A stretch of DNA of 64,000 nt from Dehalococcoidia bacterium (lineage in GTDB: Bacteria > Chloroflexota > Dehalococcoidia > DSTF01 > JACRBR01), in assembly GCA_021731085.1 (NCBI GenBank), contig JAKFYB010000013.1, positions 88,125-152,124 of the forward strand, given 5' to 3'. A program made the translations under genes and the position numbers. The stretch's first letter is position 1, and every line of letters starts with the position of its first letter. Below, in pieces: positions 1 through 10,131 of the stretch. The notes under the pieces are model-generated. The model saw nothing but the letters and a program-made list of their open reading frames with translations, ran no database searches and was not told where the DNA came from.

Positions 1-864
1 AGAGATAGTCGTACCGGGCACGCGTTCCGCTGTGGCCGCCCACGGCCAGGATTCGGAGGTCGGCGCCAGATCGTCGACGCGTCCCCGGACGATGGCGTCC
101 GTCATCGCCCCTGCCCGCGCGTTGCCGAGCACGTCGTGTACACGCACGAAATCTGCGCCGCCCGCGATGGCCAAAGCCGTGACCGCGGCCGTGGCTTCAT
201 CACGCTCACTCGCGTTCAGCCCCGTCGCGCTGCCGACGAAGTGCTTGCGCGAAGCGGCCACGAGCACAGGTAGACCGACCTCCTGAAACTCGCCTAGACG
301 CCGCACCACTTCGATGTCCTCCGCATGCGACTTGCCGAACGCGATCCCCGGATCGATGATCAGCGATTCGTCAGCGACGCCGAGCGTGCGTGCGAGGCTC
401 GCCTGTTCGCGCAGGAATGCGATGTGTTGGGCGATCAGGTCGTCGTATTGTGGAGGGGTCGCGGGCCGAACCTTCGGCCGCTCCAACGTGTAGTTGATCA
501 CCAGCGCCGCACCATAGCGTGCTGCAACCTCAGCCGTCGCCGTGTCATGCAGTAGCCCGCCAATGTCGTTGATCATGTGCGCGCCCGCCTGAACCGCCGC
601 CTCAGCGACCACCCCCTTGTACGTGTCAGCAGACACAACAAGATCGGTCTCCGCGAGCACTCGCTCGACCGCGGCGGCCACCTGGGCGGCCTCATCGCCA
701 GCATCACGCACGGGGACGTCGGCTCGCGCGCTCTCCCCGCCGATATCAACGATGTCCGCCCCGTCGGCCTGCGCCTGCACCGCGCGCCGCACCGCCGCGT
801 CGAGATCAGCGCCAACACCGTCGCCCGAGAAAGAGTCGCTCGTCAGGTTGAGAATCGCCATCAT
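1..864 (-). CDS. folP: dihydropteroate synthase, partial (open frame runs off the window start)
   Basis: Minus-strand frame open from ATG at 864/861 to position 1. Translation MMAILNLTSDSFSGDG..DIGGES..INDIGG..DPGIAFGKS..SRKHFVG carries the DHPS signature motifs. Absent from the ORF track because no stop is reached in-window. Confidence 0.8.
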   Translation of the reverse strand, partial: MMAILNLTSDSFSGDGVGADLDAAVRRAVQAQADGADIVDIGGESARADVPVRDAGDEAAQVAAAVERVLAETDLVVSADTYKGVVAEAAVQAGAHMINDIGGLLHDTATAEVAARYGAALVINYTLERPKVRPATPPQYDDLIAQHIAFLREQASLARTLGVADESLIIDPGIAFGKSHAEDIEVVRRLGEFQEVGLPVLVAASRKHFVGSATGLNASERDEATAAVTALAIAGGADFVRVHDVLGNARAGAMTDAIVRGRVDDLAPTSESWPWAATAERVPGTTIS

Positions 865-929
865 GTACGTCTTGCGGCCGAGCGGGAGCACGCGGTCGCG
901 CGCGCGCAGAAATCTCGGCGGGTCTCCGC

Positions 930-1775
930 TCACGCCGGCGCCGAGCCTTCGAGCGACGGCATCGAGCGTAACACCAGCGCTGCCAGCTCTTCGTCCGGCA
1001 TCGTCTTGCGCATCGCGCCCAGCGCCTCAGCGTCCTTACCGACGAGATAGTGCCGCTTCGGCGATGGCTCGGTCGCGGCCGCCACGATCGCGTCGATCAC
1101 CGGCGTCGGCTCCGCGCGCTGCGAACCGCCGGGCGTCGAGCCTTTCTCATACTGCTCCAGCAGCGGCGCGTAGTCGGAGGTCCCTTGTCGGCGCGTTGGC
1201 ATCCGCTTGTCGCCGATCGATGTCTCGAAGAACCCGGGCTCGATGTTGGCGACGTGGATGTTCCACGGGTGAAGCTCGTAGTACAGCGCCTCGCTGATCG
1301 ACGACAGTGCGGCCTTGGTCGCGGAGTAGATGCCGCGGAAGTGAGATGGGACAACGCCCGACAGCGAACCTACGTTGATGATGCGCCCCGAACCCTGCTT
1401 GCGCATCTGCGGCAGCGCTGCACGCGCGACGCGTATCGGTCCGAACACGTTCGTGTCGAATACGCGCAGCACTTCGTCGTCATCAAAGTCCTCGACCGCT
1501 GCGACAGCCCCGATGCCCGCGTTGTTCACGAGAACATCGATGCGCCGCGCCTTCGCGATCACATTCGCAACCGCCGCATCCACCGACGCCTTATCGACGA
1601 CGTCGAGTCGTACGACCTCGATCTCCACGCCAGCGGCCTGTGCTTCGGCGCGTAGCGGCCCCGCGCCGTCGAGATTGCGCATCGTCGCAAACACGGAATC
1701 GCCGCGCTTCGCAAACGCGATCGCCGCAAGCTTGCCGAATCCAGAGCTACAACCAGTGATGAGAACAACTGCCAT
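930..1775 (-). CDS. short-chain dehydrogenase/reductase (SDR) family oxidoreductase
   Basis: N-terminal TGCSSGFG Rossmann motif, NNAG, catalytic YxxxK (YSATK); 281 aa. Confidence 0.85.
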   Translation of the reverse strand: MAVVLITGCSSGFGKLAAIAFAKRGDSVFATMRNLDGAGPLRAEAQAAGVEIEVVRLDVVDKASVDAAVANVIAKARRIDVLVNNAGIGAVAAVEDFDDDEVLRVFDTNVFGPIRVARAALPQMRKQGSGRIINVGSLSGVVPSHFRGIYSATKAALSSISEALYYELHPWNIHVANIEPGFFETSIGDKRMPTRRQGTSDYAPLLEQYEKGSTPGGSQRAEPTPVIDAIVAAATEPSPKRHYLVGKDAEALGAMRKTMPDEELAALVLRSMPSLEGSAPA

Positions 1776-1790
1776 GGTGGGGGTTCCTTG

Positions 1791-2459
1791 CTAGTCGGCT
1801 GGCCCATACTCGGGCAGGCCCTTCAGTGTGTCGCTATCGACATCGATACGGACGATACCCGCCACCACCTCGACGATAAGCCGCACAGGCAGGACGACTT
1901 CCTTCGAGAAGAAGTGTCCGCGCTTGATCACGAGATCCTGCACGGTGCCCGTCGCAGTGTCGAACAGGACGCGTTCGACTTCTCCCACCTTTTCGTGTGG
2001 ATTCAATCGCCACACTGGCGCGTCCTTCGGGATCTCGACATCGCCAGGTGCAATCGAGCGCTGTTCGAGCATGATGTACGGCCCCGGCTCGCCCGGCAGC
2101 GATGCCGATATGCGCGCCAAATCGCTGACATCCAAAGACCCGCGCTCGGCGTCCGGAATGTTCGCGAAGTACTCCTGCTCGTAGTCGACGGAGTGGTCGC
2201 GAAAGTCGTCGGCGAGCATCGACAACGTGATGCGCTCAGACGTCGCCGCAGTAACAGCGCCGAGCGGCAGCACACGATCGTGCGAGAGGCCCCAGCCACC
2301 CTTCCACAGTGGCTCCCCGCTCCGCAGAATGCCCGTATCGACGACAATGTGCGTGAGTTGAAGGCCGTCCTCGCGGATGACGAACTTGCTCAACGTCCCC
2401 AGCTTGTGGCCTTCCTGGCTGACGACATCGGTACCAATACGAAGATCTTCAAGGTTCAT
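1791..2459 (-). CDS. PRC-barrel domain protein
   Basis: 222 aa; two PRC-barrel-like segments (..LGTLSKFVIREDG.. and ..IKRGHFFSKEVVLPV..); 16 bp downstream of the SDR gene. Confidence 0.55.
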   Translation of the reverse strand: MNLEDLRIGTDVVSQEGHKLGTLSKFVIREDGLQLTHIVVDTGILRSGEPLWKGGWGLSHDRVLPLGAVTAATSERITLSMLADDFRDHSVDYEQEYFANIPDAERGSLDVSDLARISASLPGEPGPYIMLEQRSIAPGDVEIPKDAPVWRLNPHEKVGEVERVLFDTATGTVQDLVIKRGHFFSKEVVLPVRLIVEVVAGIVRIDVDSDTLKGLPEYGPAD

Positions 2460-2719
2460 GCAGCCATGCTATCGAACCCGCGCCGCAAGTGCCCCAGAGG
2501 GTTACGGGGGCTTTCAGCCCGCGTGGTCGAACGCTGCGCGGTCGTAGCGACGGCGCCACCAACTGCCTGGCTGTCATTCTCAGCGCAAGCGAAGAATCTA
2601 CACCGTCCAAGGCGCAGCAGTAGCGGCAGCGCCACGCGGCGCCGCACGGACATTCATCTGTAGCGCGGGCCCTCAGCCCGCACGGCTTCGCGTTGATTTC
2701 CCTGAGAGGGAGTCGAGCC

Positions 2720-3460
2720 TTACGCAGCCTGCGACGTCGACGAACTCACAGAAATGCTCGCCGCAATCTGCCGACGCTCGCCCTTCGTGCTGATCAAATA
2801 AATCCCTGAAACCGCTGCAATCAACGCCGCCTCAAGCAACGTCAGCGCCCCCATGATGAACACTGTATCCCGCCAGAACGCCTCCGGGAACATCTGGATT
2901 AGATGATCTGTCCGCGGATTCAGCAGCCAGTTGTCATTCGTAAAGGCGATCTCGTGGAACCGCTCCCACGCCGCCTCGAACCCCACCGCCGCGAATGCGC
3001 CGATCGCGCCAACAACGAGGCCACCGATCAGTAGCGATGCAAGGCTCTGTCCGGCCAGCTCACGTAGGCTCCCCTCCTTCGACCAGACAAAGAAGAGAAC
3101 GCCGTACGCGACAACGAACATGACCGTGATCACCTGAAGTAGGTTCACCCACGTCACGAGCCCCTTCACGTCCTCCATGTGCTGCGTCTCCTTAGCCGAG
3201 AAGATCGGCGCTGGAAGGCCATTCTCGGTGACCGTGCAGTAGTACGTGGGCTCGCCGTTGTTGAAGTAGCGCCGCAACTCCGCAGCGCACGTATCCAGAT
3301 CGGAGCGGGACAACCCGGTGGACGCCGTCGCGTCGTAGCGGTCGAAGGCATAGTCGTAAACGACAGGCGCGTTCATCAGCAGACGCACGTTCGTCGTGAT
3401 GATCGCGATAGGCAACGCGACGATAAAGAGGATCGTGGCGAGCGAGCGAGCGAAGCCCAT
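2720..3460 (-). CDS. integral membrane protein, TIGR01906/DUF1461 (Lit-like) family
   Basis: Multi-TM protein. Start chosen at ATG 3460, preceded by GGGGGAG RBS. The track ORF extends to 3667, but upstream M codons lack an RBS. Confidence 0.55.
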   Translation of the reverse strand: MGFARSLATILFIVALPIAIITTNVRLLMNAPVVYDYAFDRYDATASTGLSRSDLDTCAAELRRYFNNGEPTYYCTVTENGLPAPIFSAKETQHMEDVKGLVTWVNLLQVITVMFVVAYGVLFFVWSKEGSLRELAGQSLASLLIGGLVVGAIGAFAAVGFEAAWERFHEIAFTNDNWLLNPRTDHLIQMFPEAFWRDTVFIMGALTLLEAALIAAVSGIYLISTKGERRQIAASISVSSSTSQAA

Positions 3461-3969
3461 GTGGGTCTCCCCCTGCCGCCCCGCCACCGCGACTTGGTTA
3501 TTGTCAACGGGCGGATCTGCCTTGTCAAGCGGCGCTGCGCCCACCGCCAATTCAGGATCACTCATCACAGAAATGGTATCGCACCTGCTTTGCATCACGC
3601 CGCGGGCGCGTGCTCCGGCCCGAGGGCCATCGGCCGCTAGGACATCCCAGGCCATTGGAAGCATCATCCCCGCGGAGGCATCCCACGAACTGCGACGTCA
3701 GCGCAAGCACCGAGGAAAGACGCCACATTGATCGTTTCCACAACCCAGACAACCAATTCAATCAAACCGCAGCTTCAGCCCGCGCCCGCAGCCACGACAC
3801 CCCCGGTCGCACCAGATTCAAAACGACCTCGCATCCGGAATACACGCGAAAACAACTAAACAATCAAAGGCCTCGGAGCCAGAGTGGAAACAGCAAAACT
3901 GCCAAACGAATTCCCGCCCGTCCTCTATGCTCCATCGTCCGTCTTCCATCCTCACGTCATACTGCGACC

Positions 3970-5340
3970 ATGCCAGCAATAACGATCATAGGACTCGGTC
4001 CCGGTGACGCCTCGCTCCTCACCGTCGAAGCGCGCGACACCCTCGCCACAGCTTCGGAAGTCTGGCTGCGCACCAGCCGGCACCCAACTGTGGCTGGCCT
4101 CCCCACCGGCCCAAAGTACAACTCCTTCGATGAGATATACGAGCGCGAACCCACCTTCGATGCTGTCTACGCAGCCATCGTCGAGCGCGTCCTCGAACTG
4201 GCAACGAGGCCGGAAGGCGTCGCCTATGCCGTCCCCGGCCACCCGATGTTCGGCGAGTCAACCGTACGCGCCATCCTCCTGCAGGCCACCGAACGCAGCC
4301 TCGACGTGCGCATCATCGCCGGCGTCAGCTTCCTTGACACCATCGCCTCCGCCCTCGGCGTCGACCCCCTCACCGACGGCCTCCTGGTGCTCGACGCGCT
4401 CGCGCTCGGCGACCGCAGCCGCATGCTCGTCCCGCAACGCCCTACCGTCATCGCCCAAGTGTACGACCAGAACGCCGCATCGCTGGCAAAGCTCGCCCTG
4501 CTGGAGGCCTATCCGCCGGAACATCCGGTGCGCGTCGTGACAGCGACCGGCACGAACGACCAGCGCATCATCGCAACAAAAATCGCCGTCCTCGACCACG
4601 ACGCAGCCGCCTTCGACCACCTCGCCACGCTGTACGTCCCGCCACTCGCCCTCATCGACGACACGCGTTCGTTCGAAGGCCTGCGGCGCGTCGTCGCCCA
4701 GCTCCGCAACCCCGACGGTGGCTGTCCGTGGGATCTCGAACAGACCCACGAGACGTTGAAGCGCTACCTCCTCGAAGAGGCCTACGAAGCGCTCGACGCT
4801 CTCGACAGCGGCGACCCGCACAAGCTCGCCGAAGAGCTCGGCGACCTGACGATGCAGGTCCTGCTGCACGCGCAGGTTGCCGAGGACAACGACGAGTTCG
4901 TTATCGAAGACGTACTGCGCGAAATCTCAACAAAGCTCATCCGCCGTCACCCCCACGTCTTCGCCGACACGCGGGTCGAAGGCGCAGACGAAGTCCTCCG
5001 CAACTGGGAGGCCCTCAAGAAAGCCGAGCGCGCGGGCAACCAAGAGTCGCCGCTAGACCACGTCCCCAAAGCGATGCCCGCGCTCGCGCAAGCACAGTCG
5101 CTCCAGTCCCGAGCGTCGAAAGCGAACCTCGGGCCAACACCGCTTGCCGCCGACGCCCTAACCCGCGCCCTCGCAGACCTAACATCAACAACCGACGCCC
5201 CGACAGCCGAAGCCCTCGGCGACCTCCTCTTCGGCATCGTCGCCCTCGCCCGCACCCACAGCCTCGACGCAGAAGAAGCCCTCCGCATGACGATCCGGCG
5301 GTTCAGGGATGCGGTTGAAGGGGAAGAAGCGCACTTGTAG
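3970..5340 (+). CDS. mazG: YabN-like fusion: tetrapyrrole-methylase-like domain + MazG nucleoside triphosphate pyrophosphohydrolase
   Basis: N-terminal ITIIGLGPGD methylase-fold motif. C-terminal MazG EEAYEALDA..ELGDL..RRHPHVF motifs. ATG at 3970 is in-frame inside the longer track ORF. Confidence 0.8.
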   Translation: MPAITIIGLGPGDASLLTVEARDTLATASEVWLRTSRHPTVAGLPTGPKYNSFDEIYEREPTFDAVYAAIVERVLELATRPEGVAYAVPGHPMFGESTVRAILLQATERSLDVRIIAGVSFLDTIASALGVDPLTDGLLVLDALALGDRSRMLVPQRPTVIAQVYDQNAASLAKLALLEAYPPEHPVRVVTATGTNDQRIIATKIAVLDHDAAAFDHLATLYVPPLALIDDTRSFEGLRRVVAQLRNPDGGCPWDLEQTHETLKRYLLEEAYEALDALDSGDPHKLAEELGDLTMQVLLHAQVAEDNDEFVIEDVLREISTKLIRRHPHVFADTRVEGADEVLRNWEALKKAERAGNQESPLDHVPKAMPALAQAQSLQSRASKANLGPTPLAADALTRALADLTSTTDAPTAEALGDLLFGIVALARTHSLDAEEALRMTIRRFRDAVEGEEAHL

Positions 5341-5435
5341 GGGCCGCCGCTCTGCTGCGCCCTCGTCGGACGGGACGATCCACCACTATCGCCGAGGTTG
5401 TGGAGCACTCGGAGCGTTCGGGTTGAAAATGAGTC

Positions 5436-5837
5436 TTATTCTTCGATCTCAGACGGTGCGGCCGCCGCAACATGCGCCTCCACCAACGGCAACCACTCGC
5501 GCTCCTCGTGCTCCGCGAAGTCCCACCACACCTGCTCGCCCTTGTTCGTCACGACGCACAGACACTGGTTCAACGATGAACGCCCCATCGGCGCATGATG
5601 CCAGCGATGCAGCCCGACCTCCCGCATCTCGTCGTACGGCACGACCATCCAGCGCGCCTCGCCCTTTGCGGCCTCGAACATCAGCCGCCGGTTCGTCATG
5701 AACAGCGACCCCGCGATCTTGTCGGTCCCGTACAGCAGCGATGCCTTCAACGATCGCTCGACCGTCTCGCCAGCCTGCAAATCCACAGGCGGCGCAACTT
5801 GCTCTACAGGCTTAGGTTTGCGCTTGAACAACGGCAC
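5436..5837 (-). CDS. hypothetical protein with PH/GRAM-like fold
   Basis: 133 aa; pattern GSLFMTNRRLMFE..VVPYDEMREV resembles bacterial PH/GRAM domains. Convergent with mazG. Confidence 0.4.
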   Translation of the reverse strand: MPLFKRKPKPVEQVAPPVDLQAGETVERSLKASLLYGTDKIAGSLFMTNRRLMFEAAKGEARWMVVPYDEMREVGLHRWHHAPMGRSSLNQCLCVVTNKGEQVWWDFAEHEEREWLPLVEAHVAAAAPSEIEE

Positions 5838-5885
5838 CGCGCGCTCCTACTACGAACTACGAACTACAGTCCACAAACGACGAAC

Positions 5886-6872
5886 TCACCGCAGCGACGT
5901 TGCGTACTTCATCGCTGGCCGCAGATCGTCGACGTGGGTGCGCTCGTGCATCCAGAACCACTGGATGTACTCGATCATCGGGCGCTCGTGCGGCTCGGGC
6001 ATCCAGGGCATGAACAACACTTCGCGCACATGCTTGGGCTTGAGTTCCGCCAGCAGCAGCATCGTCCCGTGCCGCATCGATAGATACTCCTCGATCAGCG
6101 CGTTGACAGTTGAGACTTTGCGTTCCGCGAGCCGTTCGGCGTTTCCCGCATGTACGTCGGGCCACTGCGCCACCTTGCCCGTCTCGACCAGGCTCCGCAG
6201 ATGCCTCTGGAACACCCAGTCACCCGTCGCGATGTGCGCCAGCAAGTCGCGATGCGTCCACCCCTGCGTCAATGAAGGCAGCTCCCACATGACGGGGTCA
6301 ACGCTATGGACCACGTACAGCACGTTGTCCGGAGACAACTGCTCGACGGCGGGCTCCAGCTCTGGCAAGAACTTGAGCTTCGGCGCCGCCCAGTTCATCC
6401 GCAGCGCGCGCTTCACATCCGCCGCATGCAGTCGGTCGTGGTACCCGAGCCAGATCCGCTGACGCACAGAGTTGTGCTCGTCGCCATACGCCGGGAGGCC
6501 GAGAGCGAGGTGCCGCTTTTCGAGCAGCTCGTACAGCCCCAGCAGAAGCTTCCGCCGGCTCACCATTTCTGCGCGTAGCTCCGGGACCGGCCGTCCGCGT
6601 CCGCGCTCGATGGCACGCTTTCGGGCCGCTTTCGCCTCCTCAGGCGACACCGGCTTCTTCGCTGCTTCCGACTCGCCCTTCAGCAGCCCTTGCGCCGCGA
6701 CAGCCCACGCCTGGTCGGCGCCGGCGACGTGCGCGAGCAGTTCGTGCAGCGTGCGATCGCCATACGGGATCTGCCGTTCCCACTGCTCCGAATCGACCGC
6801 ATCCAGCGCTGCCTCAAACTCATCGCGAGCATGGTGCATGTCGAGCACGGCGTCGTGGACATAGGCTTCCAT
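5886..6872 (-). CDS. DinB/YfiT-like (maleylpyruvate isomerase N-terminal domain-like) metalloprotein
   Basis: 328 aa with His-containing helix motifs (LLAHVAGADQAW, LLAHIATGDWVFQRH) typical of the DinB_2 superfamily. Confidence 0.5.
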   Translation of the reverse strand: MEAYVHDAVLDMHHARDEFEAALDAVDSEQWERQIPYGDRTLHELLAHVAGADQAWAVAAQGLLKGESEAAKKPVSPEEAKAARKRAIERGRGRPVPELRAEMVSRRKLLLGLYELLEKRHLALGLPAYGDEHNSVRQRIWLGYHDRLHAADVKRALRMNWAAPKLKFLPELEPAVEQLSPDNVLYVVHSVDPVMWELPSLTQGWTHRDLLAHIATGDWVFQRHLRSLVETGKVAQWPDVHAGNAERLAERKVSTVNALIEEYLSMRHGTMLLLAELKPKHVREVLFMPWMPEPHERPMIEYIQWFWMHERTHVDDLRPAMKYATSLR

Positions 6873-7005
6873 TTCACCAGTGTAGACCGCTCACACGGTT
6901 CAGACTTCAAGATCGGCGTTGGGCCAGCGCTAGACAAGAAAGCGGCCGACGCGTTGTCGTGGCGGTGGCATATTGCTATCAATAGGACAGAGGAAGGATC
7001 CCCAT

Positions 7006-7242
7006 ATGAGCCCGACGGATCAGCAGCTTCAAGACGGCCTACAGGCCTTCATCAACAACGCCGTCGCCCCCTCCGCTGGCGAAGTAGCCGTCGCCGTCGA
7101 TCACGGAGTCGTCACGCTCACCGGCCGCGTGTCAACAAACACGCAGCGAACGGCCATCCGCGACCTCGTCGGCGCAACGCGCGGCGTCCAGCACGTCTTC
7201 TACGCGATCGAGGTCGGTATCGTCACGCAGATTCACGCCTAG
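7006..7242 (+). CDS. BON domain protein (OsmY-like)
   Basis: VAVDHGVVTLTGRVSTNTQRTAIRDLVGATRGVQHV matches the BON domain. ATG 7006 preceded by AGGAAGGA RBS; the track ORF starts at TTG 6973. Confidence 0.6.
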   Translation: MSPTDQQLQDGLQAFINNAVAPSAGEVAVAVDHGVVTLTGRVSTNTQRTAIRDLVGATRGVQHVFYAIEVGIVTQIHA

Positions 7243-7380
7243 GATCGAATTGTCCGCCTGAGGCCGATCTTACGTTCCGCGTGGTTCATTCGTCTCATAG
7301 CCCATACCCCACATCTGTGATACCAATCTGCCCGTAGATGCCAATCTACGCAAACCCCTATCGGGTACGGAGATACAGGC

Positions 7381-8928
7381 TTGTTCAAGAAGATCCTTGT
7401 CGCCAACCGCGGCGAAATCGCGCTGCGCGTCATGCGCACCTGCCGCGAGATGGGCATCAAAACCGTCGCCGTCTACTCGACGGTCGACCGGAACATGCTG
7501 CACGTCCGCTTCGCCGACGAGGCATACCTCATCGGCGAAGGTCCGCCGCTCGAAAGCTACCTGAACTACCAGAAGATCCTCGAGGTCGCAAAGAAGGCCG
7601 GCGTTGATGCCGTCCACCCCGGCTACGGCTTCCTCAGTGAGCGCACGGAGTTCGCGGAAGCATGCGAGGCCGCTGGTATCACCTTTATCGGCCCCAAGCC
7701 CGAAGCCGTCATTCACCTCGGCGACAAGGTCAATGCCCGCCGCACGATGATCGCCGCCGGCGTCCCCGTGGTGCCCGGCACAGAAGGCCGCGTCGAAGCC
7801 GACGAAGCCGTCCGCCAGGCGCCCAACATCGGCTTCCCGTTGATGATCAAGGCGTCGGCCGGAGGCGGCGGCAAGGGCATCCGGCTCGTCAAGTCGGCCG
7901 ATGAAATCGAGAATGCCGTGAAGGTCGCCTCCAGCGAAGCGCTCTCGTCGTTCGGCGATGGCGGCGTCTTTCTCGAGCGCTATCTCTCGCCTGTCCGCCA
8001 CGTCGAGATCCAGGTGCTCGGCGACAAGCATGGCAACGTCGTCGCGCTCGGCGAGCGCGAGTGCTCCGTCCAGCGCCGCCATCAGAAGCTGCTCGAGGAA
8101 TCGCCATCGCCCGTCCTCAAGCCTGAAACGCGGACGAAGATGATGGAGGCCGGCGTCGCCGCGGCGAAGGCGTCCGGCTACTACAACGCTGGCACTGTCG
8201 AGTTCCTGCTTGACCCAACGACGCAGGAGTTCTTCTTCCTCGAGGTGAACACTCGTTTGCAGGTGGAACACCCAGTGACGGAGTGGATCACTGGCCGCGA
8301 CCTTGTCCGCGATCAGATCCGCATCGCAGCGGGCGAGCCGTTGGGCTTCACGCAGGACGACGTGCAGTTCCGCGGCCACGCGATCGAGTGTCGCATCGCC
8401 GCCGAGGATCCGTACAACAACTATCTGCCGTCGCTCGGCCGTATCGACTTCGTACAGGAGCCGCTCGGCCCCGGCGTGCGCATCGACAGCAGCATCTTCA
8501 GCGGCATCGAGATCCCGTACTACTACGACCCGATGCTCGCCAAGCTTATCTGCTGGGCGGAGGACCGCACCGCCGCGATCGCCCGCATGAAGCGCGCCCT
8601 TCGGGAGTACGTAATCCTCGGCGTGAAGACGAACATTCCGTTCCACCTTCAGCTGCTCGACGACGAGCGCTTCATCAATGGCGAAGTGCATACAGGCTTC
8701 CTAGACAGCGACTTCAAGATGGTCGAACCGGAGCACAATCCAACAACCGATGAGATCGCCTTGCTCGTCGCGGCGGTCATGTCGCACGAGCGGCGCCAGC
8801 GTAATGGTGCGCAACCTGCCGTCATCGTCGGACCATCACAACAGTGGCGTGAGGCCGGCCGCGACCGGCAGATCGCCAGCCACACGGGTAAGTCACAGGG
8901 GAACCAATGGCGGCGAAGTACCGGCTGA
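7381..8928 (+). CDS. accC: biotin carboxylase (acetyl/acyl-CoA carboxylase subunit)
   Basis: KILVANRGEIALRV..., ATP-grasp motifs, EMNTRLQVEHPVTE; TTG start with GGAGA RBS. Confidence 0.85.
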   Translation: MFKKILVANRGEIALRVMRTCREMGIKTVAVYSTVDRNMLHVRFADEAYLIGEGPPLESYLNYQKILEVAKKAGVDAVHPGYGFLSERTEFAEACEAAGITFIGPKPEAVIHLGDKVNARRTMIAAGVPVVPGTEGRVEADEAVRQAPNIGFPLMIKASAGGGGKGIRLVKSADEIENAVKVASSEALSSFGDGGVFLERYLSPVRHVEIQVLGDKHGNVVALGERECSVQRRHQKLLEESPSPVLKPETRTKMMEAGVAAAKASGYYNAGTVEFLLDPTTQEFFFLEVNTRLQVEHPVTEWITGRDLVRDQIRIAAGEPLGFTQDDVQFRGHAIECRIAAEDPYNNYLPSLGRIDFVQEPLGPGVRIDSSIFSGIEIPYYYDPMLAKLICWAEDRTAAIARMKRALREYVILGVKTNIPFHLQLLDDERFINGEVHTGFLDSDFKMVEPEHNPTTDEIALLVAAVMSHERRQRNGAQPAVIVGPSQQWREAGRDRQIASHTGKSQGNQWRRSTG

Positions 8929-9419
8929 GGCTCGGCGACGAGCTCCACGAGATCGAAATAGAGCCGGATCACGCCGGAGGCCTGCGCGTGAAGATCGGCG
9001 ATGCCGAAGCACACACGGTCAGTCTTGAACGCATCAACGAAGGCGCGCGCTATTCGTTGATTGTCGACGGGCGACCGTACGACATCTTCGCCGAAGAAGG
9101 CCCGACCGACTACCACATTCTCGTCGATGGCGAGCGCGTAGTCATCGGAACGCAGACGGGCGCGAAGGGCAAGGGCGGCGCCGACTTCGACCTCGATGCG
9201 GGCGGCGAGTGGGTGCTCAAGTCGCCGATGGCCGGCGTCGTCCGCGAAGTGCGCGTTGCGGCCGACGATGAGGTCGAGGAGGGCGCAACGCTCGTCGTCG
9301 TCGAGGCGATGAAGATGCAGAACGAACTCCACGCCCGCCGCGCTGGCCAGGTAAAGGCCGTCTACGTCACCGTCGGCCAACGCGTCGACCAGGGCACGCC
9401 GTTGCTGGTGCTGGTGTAG
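8907..9419 (+). CDS. biotin carboxyl carrier / biotinyl-domain protein
   Basis: C-terminal EAMKMQNEL biotinyl-lysine motif; start overlaps the accC 3' end. Confidence 0.75.
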   Translation: MAAKYRLRLGDELHEIEIEPDHAGGLRVKIGDAEAHTVSLERINEGARYSLIVDGRPYDIFAEEGPTDYHILVDGERVVIGTQTGAKGKGGADFDLDAGGEWVLKSPMAGVVREVRVAADDEVEEGATLVVVEAMKMQNELHARRAGQVKAVYVTVGQRVDQGTPLLVLV

Positions 9420-9450
9420 GCGCCGGGCGACCATCTGCCACACTGCCCCG

Positions 9451-10131
9451 ATGAACATCACCCGCGGCCGCACGGCCGACACGCTCACGCGCGACGAACT
9501 GCGCGCGCTCGCTGCGCCATACGCGGGCGTTACTCTCGACATCGGCGCGGGCGATGGTGCGTGGGCGTACCGGTACGGTGGCGCGCATCCCGATCGCTTC
9601 GTAATCGCGCTCGATCCGGTTCGCGAGAATATGCGCGAGTGGTCGGCGAAAGCAGCGAAGAAGCCCGACAAGGGTGGCCTGCCGAACGCACTCTTCGTCG
9701 TCGCGAGCGTCGAATCGCCGCCGGAGGAACTGCGAGGCGTCGCCGACGAGGTCTTCGTCACGCTGCCGTGGGGGTCGCTGATGCGCGGCCTGATTCTGGG
9801 CGACGGTGGCATGCTTGCGGCGATCGCGTCGTTCGCGAAAGGCGGCGCATCGATCCGCATCGTGCTGAACACGCGCATCTTCGACGACCCGGTGCCGATA
9901 GACGTGCGAGATTTGCCCGAAGTCACGCCCGAGTACGTCGTCACGACGCTCGTCCCGCTGTTCGAAGAGCACGGCATCCGTGTGGAAAACAGCCGCTGGA
10001 TGGACGCCGACGAGGTCGCGGCGATCGGCACCAGGTGGGCGAAACGCCTCTCCCATCGCGCCCCACCGCGCTCGGTTTTGATTGAGGCTAGGGTTCGATC
10101 CATTGAGGACGACAGCGGTGCCGAAAGCTGA
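9451..10131 (+). CDS. KamB/NpmA-family 16S rRNA (adenine1408-N1)-methyltransferase homologue
   Basis: 226 aa. Colinear similarity to NpmA/KamB as recalled: LDIGAGDG SAM motif, IALDPVRENM, SAKAAKKPDKGGLPNALFVVASVES, TLPWGSLM, TRWAKRL. Both A1408-stacking Trp of NpmA (FPWG, SLWAKRL) are conserved. Confidence 0.7.
   Translation: MNITRGRTADTLTRDELRALAAPYAGVTLDIGAGDGAWAYRYGGAHPDRFVIALDPVRENMREWSAKAAKKPDKGGLPNALFVVASVESPPEELRGVADEVFVTLPWGSLMRGLILGDGGMLAAIASFAKGGASIRIVLNTRIFDDPVPIDVRDLPEVTPEYVVTTLVPLFEEHGIRVENSRWMDADEVAAIGTRWAKRLSHRAPPRSVLIEARVRSIEDDSGAES

Noticed and set aside
617-1297. 226-aa plus-strand Ser/Ala/Arg-rich ORF
   Set aside because: Lies antisense to folP and the SDR gene; low complexity.
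5830-5860. Short tandem ACGAACT x2.5
   Set aside because: Too short and in a convergent intergenic gap; likely chance.
7270-8691. 473-aa minus-strand ORF antisense to accC
   Set aside because: accC identity on the plus strand is unambiguous. The antisense frame is Asp/Ala/Arg low-complexity.
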